Below the pieces are notes generated by a model. That model was not told the origin of the DNA, searched no databases, and saw only the letters and a program-made list of their open reading frames with translations. Made by a program: the position numbers and the translations under genes. From a bacterium (GTDB lineage Bacteria > Patescibacteriota > Minisyncoccia > Phycocordibacterales > UBA5272), in contig JAYSVC010000011.1 of the NCBI GenBank assembly GCA_043718735.1, positions 1 to 58,514 on the forward strand: a stretch of 58,514 bases of DNA, read 5' to 3'. This document shows, in pieces, positions 19,639-28,220 of the stretch (position 1 is its first letter; each line of letters opens with the position of its first letter).

Positions 19639-19647
19639 TGTTATAAT
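19639..19647 (+). promoter_or_regulatory. Extended -10 box TGTTATAAT, 6 nt from the ATG (leaderless-type)
   Basis: The hexamer ends at 19647 and the ATG is at 19654. Confidence 0.55.
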
Positions 19648-19653
19648 ATAAGT

Positions 19654-19884
19654 ATGAATAAATCATATTTAAAACAAATATTTTGGGATATTGATGAGGA
19701 AAATATTCCTAATCTTAGCAAGGAAAGCATAATAAAGAGATCTATTTCTTTTGGAACTTTACCTGTAATACAAAATATGTTTTCAAGTTTTGACAGGTTG
19801 TATATAAAAAATATCTTCTCAGACATGAACCCAAAAACTACTACAGAAAGACGATATAATTATTTTAAGAATTTACTAAACTAA
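19654..19884 (+). CDS. Small protein, putative partner/antitoxin of the downstream nucleotidyltransferase
   Basis: 76 aa with an FWDIDEENI N-terminal motif, 40 nt upstream of the AbiEii-like gene. The function is inferred from position only. Confidence 0.4.
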   Translation: MNKSYLKQIFWDIDEENIPNLSKESIIKRSISFGTLPVIQNMFSSFDRLYIKNIFSDMNPKTTTERRYNYFKNLLN

Positions 19885-19924
19885 ACTAAACTAAGCTAAT
19901 CAAATTAAAATTTATAATAAACAT

Positions 19925-20557
19925 ATGCTATATAAAAATACTATTACAGACAAAATGTACGAAGTGGCAGATAAACTAAAAGATATTTTAGATGAGAGTT
20001 ATTATTTAGCTGGTGGTACTGCATTGTCATTACAAATAGGACATAGAGAGTCTGTAGACTTGGATTATTTTACTAACAACAACATAAATACAGAAAAATT
20101 ATTTGACGAAATAGTAGAAAAATTAAGTAATTCAAAAGTAATAAAAACCTACGAAGAGAAAAATACTCTGTGGTTAAATATTGATGAAGTAAAACTTTCT
20201 TTTATAACTAGAAAAACAAAATTACTGAAAGATAAAGTATTAGATGATATTTTTGTTATGGCCAACATTGAGGATATTTTAATAATGAAGCTTTCGGCTA
20301 TTTGTTCACGTTCTGAGTACAAAGATTATTATGATTTATCTTGCATCTCAAAAATTATTGACTCTAGAAAATGGATAAATATCTGGGATAGTATAAATGA
20401 AAACTCTGACCCACTATCTTGGATCGTAGCTCTTGATGATTTTGAAAATGTAGAATCTATGAATTTGTCAGGAGAAAATATTATAAATAGATCTGAAATA
20501 AAAAGTATACTTAAAAACACTTTGCAAGATATAAATAAATTTGCTAACTTAAATTAA
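19925..20557 (+). CDS. AbiEii/AbiGii-type nucleotidyltransferase (type IV TA toxin family)
   Basis: GGTALSLQIGHRESVDLDYFT matches the GG.AL...R.T.DiDf NTase motif of the family. Confidence 0.65.
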   Translation: MLYKNTITDKMYEVADKLKDILDESYYLAGGTALSLQIGHRESVDLDYFTNNNINTEKLFDEIVEKLSNSKVIKTYEEKNTLWLNIDEVKLSFITRKTKLLKDKVLDDIFVMANIEDILIMKLSAICSRSEYKDYYDLSCISKIIDSRKWINIWDSINENSDPLSWIVALDDFENVESMNLSGENIINRSEIKSILKNTLQDINKFANLN

Positions 20558-20562
20558 GTTTA

Positions 20563-20677
20563 AAATAAAAACACCTCTAAGATTTCTCTTAGAGGTGGCA
20601 AGCTTTTGAGTCCTTGCGTTGTGACTGGCGGGGTTGCTTTCGGCACTTGGAAGATTTTAGGTCCCAAAGCTACTCAC
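20563..20677 (-). ncRNA. Candidate small RNA of unknown class
   Basis: A GC-rich, non-coding island of about 115 nt. It lies between a consensus minus-strand promoter (TTGACA-16-TATACT, 20711-20684) and a hairpin plus U-run terminator. No ORF. Confidence 0.45.
20572..20597. terminator. Hairpin terminator (strongest on the minus strand)
   Basis: An 11-bp stem CACCTCTAAGA / TCTTAGAGGTG. On the minus strand it is followed directly by TTTTTATTTT. Confidence 0.65.
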
Positions 20678-20683
20678 TTTTAC

Positions 20684-20711
20684 AGTATATCAGATACAAA
20701 TATTTTGTCAA
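20684..20711 (-). promoter_or_regulatory. Minus-strand promoter TTGACA-16 nt-TATACT
   Basis: Plus-strand TGTCAA at 20706-20711 and AGTATA at 20684-20689. Confidence 0.55.
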
Positions 20712-20732
20712 GTGTATTTTATATTTGAAAAA

Positions 20733-20741
20733 TGTTATAAT
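20733..20741 (+). promoter_or_regulatory. Extended -10 box TGTTATAAT (gyrA, about 100-nt leader)
   Basis: Exact TGnTATAAT. Confidence 0.5.
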
Positions 20742-20841
20742 ATTTATATCAAAAATAAGCTTAATTTATATAGTTATTTTAAATAATTAAATAAAAGTCT
20801 TTTAAAATACTTAATTTAAAATATAATAAAAATCTAAAAAC

Positions 20842-23316
20842 ATGGCAGAAAAAAAATCTAAAAAAGTAGAAAGTGTAGTAGAAGAAGTAGTGCAAAATGA
20901 CAGAATAATCAACGCCCCAATAGTAGAGGAAATGCGTAAAAGTTATCTCGATTACGCAATGAGCGTTATAACTAGTCGTGCATTGCCTGATGCTCGTGAT
21001 GGACTAAAACCAGTACATCGTCGTATATTATATGCCATGAACCAAATCGGTTTATATCCTACTGCAAAGTTCCGTAAATCAGCAGCGGTAGTTGGTGAAG
21101 TGTTAGGTAAGTATCATCCGCATGGCGATGCTAGCGTGTACGATGCGATGGTAAAATTAACTCAAGAGTTTTCAACTCGTTACCCATTAGTTTTTGGTCA
21201 AGGTAACTTTGGGTCTGTTGACGGTGACAACGCTGCGGCCATGCGTTATACCGAGGCTAAAATGAGTAAGGTGGCAATGGAGATGATGCGTGACATTAAC
21301 AGTGATACTGTAGACATGCGCCCCAATTATGACGGTAGTTACAAAGAGCCGGTAATATTACCAACACTCGTTCCAAATCTTTTACTAAATGGGACACTTG
21401 GTATTGCAGTTGGTATGGCGACGAATATACCACCACACAATATGAACGAAATATTAGATGCGACAATGCACCTAATTGATAATAAAAATGCAACAGCAGA
21501 AGAGATAAGCGATTTTGTAAAGGGTCCTGATTTTCCAACTGGGGGACTCGCTTTTAATGAAGCAGACATCCGTCACGCATCAGCTACTGGTCGTGGAGGT
21601 GTGCTTTGTCGTGGTGAAGCTGAGATAGTAGAAAGTAAAAATGGACAATTCCAAATCATAATTACAAGCCTTCCTTACCGTGTTAATAAAGCCGAGATGC
21701 AAGAGAAGATAGCTGCTCTTATCAATGACAAAAAAATAGAAGGTATCAAGGGTATACGTGACGAATCTACCGCTGATGTGCGTGTGGTGATTGATTTAAA
21801 ATCAGGAGCTCAACCAGAAAAAGTTTTAAATTTACTTTATAAATATACAGACCTCGAAACTACTTTCCATTATAATCTTGTAGCTATTGTTGATGGAGCA
21901 CCACAAACTATTTCAATAAAAGTTGCTCTCGCTGAGTTTATAAAGCACCGTCAAGAAGTTGTTCGTCGTCGTTGTGAATTTGATTTAAAAAAGGCGTTAG
22001 AACGTGAACATATATTGCTCGGACTTAAAAAAGCTCTCGACCATATCGATGAGATAATTAAATTAATACGTGCAAGTAAAGATACTCCTGAGGCTCACGA
22101 GAACCTAATGAAGAAATTCAAATTTTCAACATTGCAAGCGACAGCAATACTTGAAATGAAGCTACAACGCTTAGCAGGTCTCGAGAGGAAGAAAATAGAA
22201 GATGAGTTAAATGCTGTGCAGAAATTAATAGCTGAACTAAGGGAGATACTTTCTAGTGAGAAGAAGATGTTAAAAATTATTAAAGATGAATTAAAAGAAA
22301 TCAAAGAAAAATTTGGTGATGCGAGACGTACTAAAATAGTGAAGCATGGATTGAAAGATTTTAACCCAGAAGATTTAATATCAGAAGAAGATGCTGTTTT
22401 GGTCTACACAAAAGGAGGATACATAAAGAGAACTAACCCAGAAGAATTTAAAACACAAAAGCGTGGAGGTGTTGGTGTTGTAGACCTTGATACAAAAGAA
22501 GAAGACTTTATAACCATGACGCTCACTGCTAGTACTCACGCCGACTTACTATTCTTCACAGACAAGGGTAAGGCTTATAAGATTAAGATGTATGACATAG
22601 CCGAAGGTAAACGTGCAACCAGAGGCAAAAATGTAATGAACTATCTACAGCTTACTGAGAATGAGAAAGTTACAAGTATTTTAGAGATTCCTAAAAATGC
22701 AAATCATTCAGAGCTTGGTATTATGATGGTTACCAAGATGGGAACAGCTAAAAAGTGCAGTGCTGAAAGTTTTAAAGATGTAAGAAGGAGTGGAATAATT
22801 TCTATTAGACTAGACGAGGGTGATGAACTCGTGAATACATTACTGGTAAATGCTGGCGACAGCGTAATCTTAACCACTAACAATGGACAAAGTATACGTT
22901 TTGATCAAGATGATGTGCGTGAGATGGGTCGCACTGCAGGAGGGGTGCGTGGGATGTTGCTAAGTAAAGGTGACAGTATAGTTGGAGCTGAAAGTATATT
23001 AAAAGGCGATAAAAAATCAAAACTTTTAATTATAACTGAAAATGGATATGGTAAGATGACTCCACTTACTGAATATAAAATACAAAATAGAGGTGGATCA
23101 GGAATTAAAACTGTAAAAGTCACAGAAAAAACTGGTAAGCTTATAACCGCAAAAGTCATAGAAGATGAGAATGGGGAAATATTAGCGGTTTCAAAACAGT
23201 CTCAAGTAATTAAAACAGAAGTGAAAAGTGTTGCTACCAGTGGCCGAGATACTCAGGGAGTTAGAGTTATGAGATTACGTGATGGAGACAGTATTGCTAG
23301 TTTGTCTTTGTTATAG
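20842..23316 (+). CDS. gyrA: DNA gyrase subunit A
   Basis: N-terminal breakage-reunion domain ([19 protein letters not shown] with the active-site Tyr) and C-terminal beta-pinwheel repeats. Confidence 0.95.
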   Translation: MAEKKSKKVESVVEEVVQNDRIINAPIVEEMRKSYLDYAMSVITSRALPDARDGLKPVHRRILYAMNQIGLYPTAKFRKSAAVVGEVLGKYHPHGDASVYDAMVKLTQEFSTRYPLVFGQGNFGSVDGDNAAAMRYTEAKMSKVAMEMMRDINSDTVDMRPNYDGSYKEPVILPTLVPNLLLNGTLGIAVGMATNIPPHNMNEILDATMHLIDNKNATAEEISDFVKGPDFPTGGLAFNEADIRHASATGRGGVLCRGEAEIVESKNGQFQIIITSLPYRVNKAEMQEKIAALINDKKIEGIKGIRDESTADVRVVIDLKSGAQPEKVLNLLYKYTDLETTFHYNLVAIVDGAPQTISIKVALAEFIKHRQEVVRRRCEFDLKKALEREHILLGLKKALDHIDEIIKLIRASKDTPEAHENLMKKFKFSTLQATAILEMKLQRLAGLERKKIEDELNAVQKLIAELREILSSEKKMLKIIKDELKEIKEKFGDARRTKIVKHGLKDFNPEDLISEEDAVLVYTKGGYIKRTNPEEFKTQKRGGVGVVDLDTKEEDFITMTLTASTHADLLFFTDKGKAYKIKMYDIAEGKRATRGKNVMNYLQLTENEKVTSILEIPKNANHSELGIMMVTKMGTAKKCSAESFKDVRRSGIISIRLDEGDELVNTLLVNAGDSVILTTNNGQSIRFDQDDVREMGRTAGGVRGMLLSKGDSIVGAESILKGDKKSKLLIITENGYGKMTPLTEYKIQNRGGSGIKTVKVTEKTGKLITAKVIEDENGEILAVSKQSQVIKTEVKSVATSGRDTQGVRVMRLRDGDSIASLSLL

Positions 23317-23391
23317 TTATAAAAATCTTATAACACAAAATAAAATAAAAAGATCTACAGTGCAAAACGCATTATAGGTTTTTTTATTTTG

Positions 23392-23400
23392 TGTTATAAT
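23392..23400 (+). promoter_or_regulatory. Extended -10 box TGTTATAAT
   Basis: Exact TGnTATAAT, 17 nt upstream of the ATG at 23418. Confidence 0.55.
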
Positions 23401-23417
23401 TTATATAAATAAAACAT

Positions 23418-23945
23418 ATGGCATTTCTATCACCCAGACAAATGATTGACGAATTAAATATAAAACCAGGATCTAATATTGTTGATTTAGGTTCCGGCTC
23501 AGGAGCATACATCTATGAAGCATGTAGGGTTAATAAAATTAACAACCATAATGGTAAGATTTTAGCGATAGATATAGATAAGGTAAAGCTAGATCTAGTG
23601 CGTGACACAGCAAAAGTTGGAGGTTTTATGGTAGAAACAATGATTGCTGATTTGGATAATAAGCTAATACTTTCTGATTACAGTGCTGATTACATAATAT
23701 TAGCTAATACTTTACACATGATAGATAACAGAGAGCAGTTAATCTCAGAATGTTCACGCATATTATCGCCAGCAGGATATTTACTTTTTGTAGAATGGCA
23801 AGACAGAGAAAGTCTCCTCGGTCCCACAAAAGAAATGAAAGTAAACAAAGAAGAAGTGCTTACCATGTTTCGTTCTAATGGTTTTGATCTTAAAAAAGAG
23901 TTATCCGCAGGAGATTATCATTATGCATTTATATTTTCAAAATAG
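23418..23945 (+). CDS. Class I SAM-dependent methyltransferase
   Basis: Motif I VDLGSGSGAY and a Rossmann-fold pattern. Substrate unknown. Confidence 0.7.
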   Translation: MAFLSPRQMIDELNIKPGSNIVDLGSGSGAYIYEACRVNKINNHNGKILAIDIDKVKLDLVRDTAKVGGFMVETMIADLDNKLILSDYSADYIILANTLHMIDNREQLISECSRILSPAGYLLFVEWQDRESLLGPTKEMKVNKEEVLTMFRSNGFDLKKELSAGDYHYAFIFSK

Positions 23946-23962
23946 TCTGCTATAATTGTATT

Positions 23963-25339
23963 ATGTTAGATAATATTTTAAAAGATAAGTCTCAATTATT
24001 TAAAACTATAACCATAGTCTTATCTGTTGTAATTGGTTTGGTTGCTATACTTATATTTTCTGGTAAGTTTCCAGGAGTAGAAAGCACTGCAAAGAAAAAT
24101 ACTAATCAAGTAACTTTAGAAGTGTGGGGGTCTCTTCCTGACAAAACTTTTCGTGATGCATTAACAGCTTACCAGACCGAGGGGAATGCTCCAATCTCTA
24201 TAACATATCTAAGCTACTCAAAAGATATTTTAACTAAAAAGTTAATAGAAGCATCATCTCAAGGAGTGGCTCCTGATCTAGTTCTCGCTCCATACTCAGA
24301 ATTACTTTCCGTATCAGGATTGCTACAGATTATACCGTATAGTTACATGACTGAGCTTGAATTTAAAAATATATTTGTAGATGGAACACATATATTAGCA
24401 ACCCCATTTGGTTCTAGTATGTATCCAGTTTTAGTAGATCCAAATATTATGATTTTTAATAAAAAGATTTTATCTGAAAATGGATTTTCTAATGCTCCTG
24501 CTTTTTGGACAGATTTCCCAAAATACCAAGACAAATTAACTACATATGATAGTGATAATAAGCCTGACCAGTCAGCTTTTGCTATTGCTGCTAATAATGT
24601 CATGAATAAAGATTTAATTTTATATACACAACTATTACAATTAGATTCTAATCCAGCAAAGCCAATATGGGGTAAAGGAGAAAACAATACTATCTCTCTT
24701 GATTATAATCTTAATGTTGGACTAACAGGTGCCAATTACAGTGACGTAACTTCTAATCTCTATAAAATATTAAAATTTCAAACTGCTTTTTCTGACCCAC
24801 AAAAAAGTAGCTTTACTTGGAGTGAGACTGATAAGGTCGATATAGAAAAGTTCATATCTGGTAAGCTTGGCATTTATTTTGGAAAAGCTAGCGACATAGA
24901 TTATATAAAATCAAGTAACCCTAATCTTGATATTGGACTTTATTTTATGCCACAAATGCAAGATGCAAAGTTTCAAAGTGTTTCAGGTGAGATGTTAACT
25001 GTTGGCATCACAAAATCTGCAAAAGACGTTCCTTATGCAGTTAATATGGCGCAGATAATATCAGGAAAGACTTTTTCTAGACAGCTTTCTCTGTTTACGG
25101 GTATGGCAGGAGCCAGAAAAGATGTTCTATACGGCGCAGATGGGTCAGAGAGGTCAGAAGTAGTGGGCAGAAGCTCACTTGTTATGAAGTTAATTTATAA
25201 TAATAATCCTATAGCTATAAAATCCGCCATCTATAAGCTGTATGACAATATATTATCAGGAAGGAGAACATTGCAAGAGGCTACAGAGATATTCGGAAAA
25301 GAATGGGATTACATTTACGGTAAGAATAAAGAAATATAA
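23963..25339 (+). CDS. Membrane-anchored extracellular solute-binding-protein-like protein
   Basis: N-terminal TM helix followed by an SBP family-1-like pattern (LEVWGSLPD...APDLVLAP...). There are no adjacent permease or ATPase genes. Confidence 0.6.
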   Translation: MLDNILKDKSQLFKTITIVLSVVIGLVAILIFSGKFPGVESTAKKNTNQVTLEVWGSLPDKTFRDALTAYQTEGNAPISITYLSYSKDILTKKLIEASSQGVAPDLVLAPYSELLSVSGLLQIIPYSYMTELEFKNIFVDGTHILATPFGSSMYPVLVDPNIMIFNKKILSENGFSNAPAFWTDFPKYQDKLTTYDSDNKPDQSAFAIAANNVMNKDLILYTQLLQLDSNPAKPIWGKGENNTISLDYNLNVGLTGANYSDVTSNLYKILKFQTAFSDPQKSSFTWSETDKVDIEKFISGKLGIYFGKASDIDYIKSSNPNLDIGLYFMPQMQDAKFQSVSGEMLTVGITKSAKDVPYAVNMAQIISGKTFSRQLSLFTGMAGARKDVLYGADGSERSEVVGRSSLVMKLIYNNNPIAIKSAIYKLYDNILSGRRTLQEATEIFGKEWDYIYGKNKEI

Positions 25340-25375
25340 AATAAACATAACCTAAAACAAAAACAGTATAAATAT

Positions 25376-26059
25376 ATGAAAGAAAATAATTTTAAATTAC
25401 TAGCTCAAAATACGGCAGGTACAAATGGGGGTTCAGTAAGTATTGTAACATGTGGTAATGATGGTGTAGTAGAAAATGCTTGCACCATAGATGACTTAGT
25501 CGGTCTTGCTGATAATATAGGTAATTATGTTATATCAGTAATTTTCCCAGCTGTATTTTTTATTGGTTTACTTTTTACTATATATCCTATATTAAAAGAT
25601 CCAACTAATCCTCAAAATCTAAAAGAGTCAAAAGGAAGAGGTTTAAAACTTCTAATAGGTTCTGCATTTATGCTTGGGGCTTATCTTTTGGTAAAAGCTG
25701 TACTGTCTTCAATAGGTGTCAAGAATCCTAATTTGATAAAAGGTACAGTTGGTATACAAGACTTTTTAGTAACTCACTCTTATGCAGCTGGAAATGCTTT
25801 TAGTAATCCGTTGGATGACGTCAGTATACAGAATATAATACTTGGCATTGTGAATATTTTAACCTTTGCAGCCTTTATTGGTATAGTTTTAGGATTAGTG
25901 CGCGGAGTTATGCTTCTAATGCTTGGTCAGCAGAATCCTGAGTATATAAAAAAAGGTAAACAGTGGATAATTTATACTTTGTTAGTAGCTGCTATAGTCT
26001 TTGGGGCTGAGATGTTATATAATATTATTAATACTACAGTGACAGGCGTATTAAATTAA
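25376..26059 (+). CDS. Four-TM membrane protein, tandem duplication of the pilin-like two-TM module
   Basis: Two successive TM-hairpin units, each with a basic/polar loop (KESKGRGLK; KKGKQW), heading the pilin-like array. Confidence 0.5.
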   Translation: MKENNFKLLAQNTAGTNGGSVSIVTCGNDGVVENACTIDDLVGLADNIGNYVISVIFPAVFFIGLLFTIYPILKDPTNPQNLKESKGRGLKLLIGSAFMLGAYLLVKAVLSSIGVKNPNLIKGTVGIQDFLVTHSYAAGNAFSNPLDDVSIQNIILGIVNILTFAAFIGIVLGLVRGVMLLMLGQQNPEYIKKGKQWIIYTLLVAAIVFGAEMLYNIINTTVTGVLN

Positions 26060-26085
26060 AATAATTATAAATAAAATAAATAGCC

Positions 26086-26385
26086 ATGTTAACAAATTTT
26101 ACAGCCTTTATAAATAGTCTAATCACTTTACTTAGTGGTGGAGTTGCGACACTTTTAATGACCGTCGCTTTTATCGCTTTTCTTTGGTCTGTCATTAATT
26201 ACATTTGGAAAAGAAGAAATGGTGATACTAATGGCTTAGAACAAGCAAAAACTATATTATTTAGTTCTGTTTTTGGATTGTTTGTTATGGTGAGCGTGTG
26301 GGGGTTAGTTAATTTTTTAGCAACTGGACTACTTGGTGCTGACGCTACAAAAACTACAATACAAAAACCGCAGACTAAGTTTTAA
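26086..26385 (+). CDS. VirB2/TrbC-like two-TM pilin-like protein, paralogue 1
   Basis: TM1, then KRRNGDTNGLEQAK, then TM2 GLFVMVSVWGLVNF. This core is shared with paralogues 2-5. Confidence 0.6.
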   Translation: MLTNFTAFINSLITLLSGGVATLLMTVAFIAFLWSVINYIWKRRNGDTNGLEQAKTILFSSVFGLFVMVSVWGLVNFLATGLLGADATKTTIQKPQTKF

Positions 26386-26413
26386 TAATTAAAATAAAAT
26401 AGTAATAAAAAAT

Positions 26414-26851
26414 ATGTTAAATAATTTATCAACATTAATAGGGGGGGGTAAAAATATAGCAGTAGGTATTGCTGGTCTTCTTATGACTATTGCTTTTATT
26501 GCATTTGTGCTCTCTGTAATTAATTTTATAATTAAAAGAGTCAGAGGTGAGGCTAATGGCTTAGAGCAAGCTAGAAATATGCTATTTGGTGCTATCTTTG
26601 GATTATTTATAATGGTGGCTGTGTGGGGTATTACTAATTTTATAGCATCTAATCTTGGTATAACTCTTGGAGGTTGTGCTTCACAACCTAGTCCAATACC
26701 AGGACAAAGGGTTCAAGATAATTGTACTGGTTCTGGTTCAAATACAACTAACGCTAATACTAATACAAACACTAATACAAATAGCCCTATAAATCAAAAT
26801 GAGATAGATAGAGGAGGGCAAGATACTACAATTATAAATGGACTTTTTTAA
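26414..26851 (+). CDS. VirB2/TrbC-like pilin-like protein, paralogue 2 (Asn/Thr-rich tail)
   Basis: Core NGLEQARNMLFGAIFGLFIMVAVWGITNF plus a C-terminal extension with two Cys and NANTNTNTNTN. Confidence 0.6.
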   Translation: MLNNLSTLIGGGKNIAVGIAGLLMTIAFIAFVLSVINFIIKRVRGEANGLEQARNMLFGAIFGLFIMVAVWGITNFIASNLGITLGGCASQPSPIPGQRVQDNCTGSGSNTTNANTNTNTNTNSPINQNEIDRGGQDTTIINGLF

Positions 26852-26874
26852 CAAAATAATAATAAATAAAATAT

Positions 26875-27174
26875 ATGGACTCACTTAAAACTTTTGTAAA
26901 TAGCTGGACAGACTTTATAGGTACATCAATAGCTGGTTTATTTTTAACTACAGCTACAGCAGTATTCTTTTATGCAGTGGTTAGATTTATATTAAAGAGA
27001 TCGGGTGGCGATGCAAAAGGACTAGAAGATGCAAAAAGCATGCTTGGCTGGTCAGTAGTTGGTCTCACTGTAATGTTTTCTATTTGGGGTATAGTTTCTT
27101 TTTTACAAACAGGAATACTTGGAAGTAACAACAAGACTCAGATATCAGCTCCTAGCATAAAGGTGACACCTTAA
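26875..27174 (+). CDS. VirB2/TrbC-like pilin-like protein, paralogue 3
   Basis: Core KGLEDAKSMLGWSVVGLTVMFSIWGIVSF. Confidence 0.6.
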   Translation: MDSLKTFVNSWTDFIGTSIAGLFLTTATAVFFYAVVRFILKRSGGDAKGLEDAKSMLGWSVVGLTVMFSIWGIVSFLQTGILGSNNKTQISAPSIKVTP

Positions 27175-27308
27175 TCTGTTGTGTATAAACACATTGCAAC
27201 TAGGTGTTTTAAAGCTTATAATTAAATTATATAAGATTTAAAACTTGTATTCATGCTTATAAAGTGTGAAAAGTTAATAGTAATTAAAATTTAAAAATAA
27301 TAAAAAAT

Positions 27309-27749
27309 ATGATAAAAAATTTAAACAGTTTTTTCAAAAAAGGAATTATAACAGTATCAATGCTCGCTATTGCTGGTTCCGCTTATGCACAAAATGCACA
27401 AAATCTTAATGCTCCTATTATACCACCATCAGCAGGAGGTAGTAACAGCAGTATTGGAGCAAGCTTACAAAATGTAGTAGCTGGATTTAAAAATATTTCA
27501 ACAGGAGTATACAGTTCACTAATGGTTGTGGCACTTATTGCTTTTTCTTTTGGAGTGATCAAAACTTTGATTTCAAGTAAACCTCAAGATAAAGCTGATG
27601 GATTAAAATCTATTGGTTTTGGTATCATTGCTTTATTTGCACTCGTTGGTGTGTGGGGATTAGTGTCATTCCTTTCTGCTAACTTAGGTATTGGAGTTGG
27701 AGGTGACATACCAACACCAGGAGTTCCGACAGGAGTTAGAACTTACTAA
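27309..27749 (+). CDS. VirB2/TrbC-like pilin-like protein, paralogue 4 (with cleavable signal peptide)
   Basis: Signal peptide ending AGSAYA-QNA, followed by the two-TM core DGLKSIGFGIIALFALVGVWGLVSF. Confidence 0.6.
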   Translation: MIKNLNSFFKKGIITVSMLAIAGSAYAQNAQNLNAPIIPPSAGGSNSSIGASLQNVVAGFKNISTGVYSSLMVVALIAFSFGVIKTLISSKPQDKADGLKSIGFGIIALFALVGVWGLVSFLSANLGIGVGGDIPTPGVPTGVRTY

Positions 27750-27844
27750 TTATTTTTTTGAATAATTAAAAATAGTTTTTTAAAAATACAAATAAATATT
27801 TTAAATATTTATTTGTATGAATTAAAACATAATTTTAAAAAACC

Positions 27845-28147
27845 ATGAATAAAAACAATGTAACAGGTGTAGTGCAGAATCAAGCAGTAGCAAAAATACA
27901 AGATAAGATTTTAACTGAAATAGTTAGTCCATTATTAGGTCTCGCTACCGCTGTTGCTTTTGTGTTATTTTTATTTGGAATGGTTAGGTTTTTGGTTGCT
28001 AAGTCTAATGGAGAGAGTGAAAAATTTGAACAAGGAAAAAAGCATTTACTTTGGGGTGTTACAGGTCTTTTTGTTATGTTGTCTATGTGGGGCATCTTAA
28101 TTATGATTGCTGGATTTACTGATTCAAATATTTGGTTCGCAAAATAA
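27845..28147 (+). CDS. VirB2/TrbC-like pilin-like protein, paralogue 5
   Basis: Core EKFEQGKKHLLWGVTGLFVMLSMWGIL. Confidence 0.55.
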   Translation: MNKNNVTGVVQNQAVAKIQDKILTEIVSPLLGLATAVAFVLFLFGMVRFLVAKSNGESEKFEQGKKHLLWGVTGLFVMLSMWGILIMIAGFTDSNIWFAK

Positions 28148-28183
28148 TATTTAAAAACTACATTTTTTGGAATATTATTTTTA

Positions 28184-28192
28184 TGTTATAAT
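28184..28192 (+). promoter_or_regulatory. Extended -10 box TGTTATAAT (glyQS)
   Basis: It lies inside the over-long ORF call 28167.., which supports the Met at 28221 as the true start. Confidence 0.55.
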
Positions 28193-28220
28193 AAAAATAA
28201 GAATTAAATTATATAAAAAT

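Noticed and set aside
20598-20677. Identification of the candidate sRNA as 4.5S/SRP RNA.
   Set aside because: Its size and strong promoter fit. However, I could not find the conserved domain-IV core (…AGGUCC-GGAA-GGAAGCAGC…) on either strand, and the arms around the GAAA loop do not pair as helix 8 should. It is kept as an sRNA of unknown class.
26741-26785. The Asn/Thr (NANTNTNTNTN) codon run in pilin-like paralogue 2 as a phase-variable microsatellite.
   Set aside because: The DNA repeat is imperfect (aat/aac/act/aca mixtures) and in-frame. Length changes would alter tail length rather than switch the gene off. It is noted only as low complexity.
28167-28220. N-terminal extensions in the ORF track at 28167 (glyQS), 35275 (HD protein), 45328 (membrane ORF) and 50159 (oxidoreductase).
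   Set aside because: Each extension overlaps a TGnTATAAT-type promoter or a structured GC-rich element and encodes Ile/Tyr/Phe-rich junk. A downstream Met with the native start context matches the conserved N-terminus.
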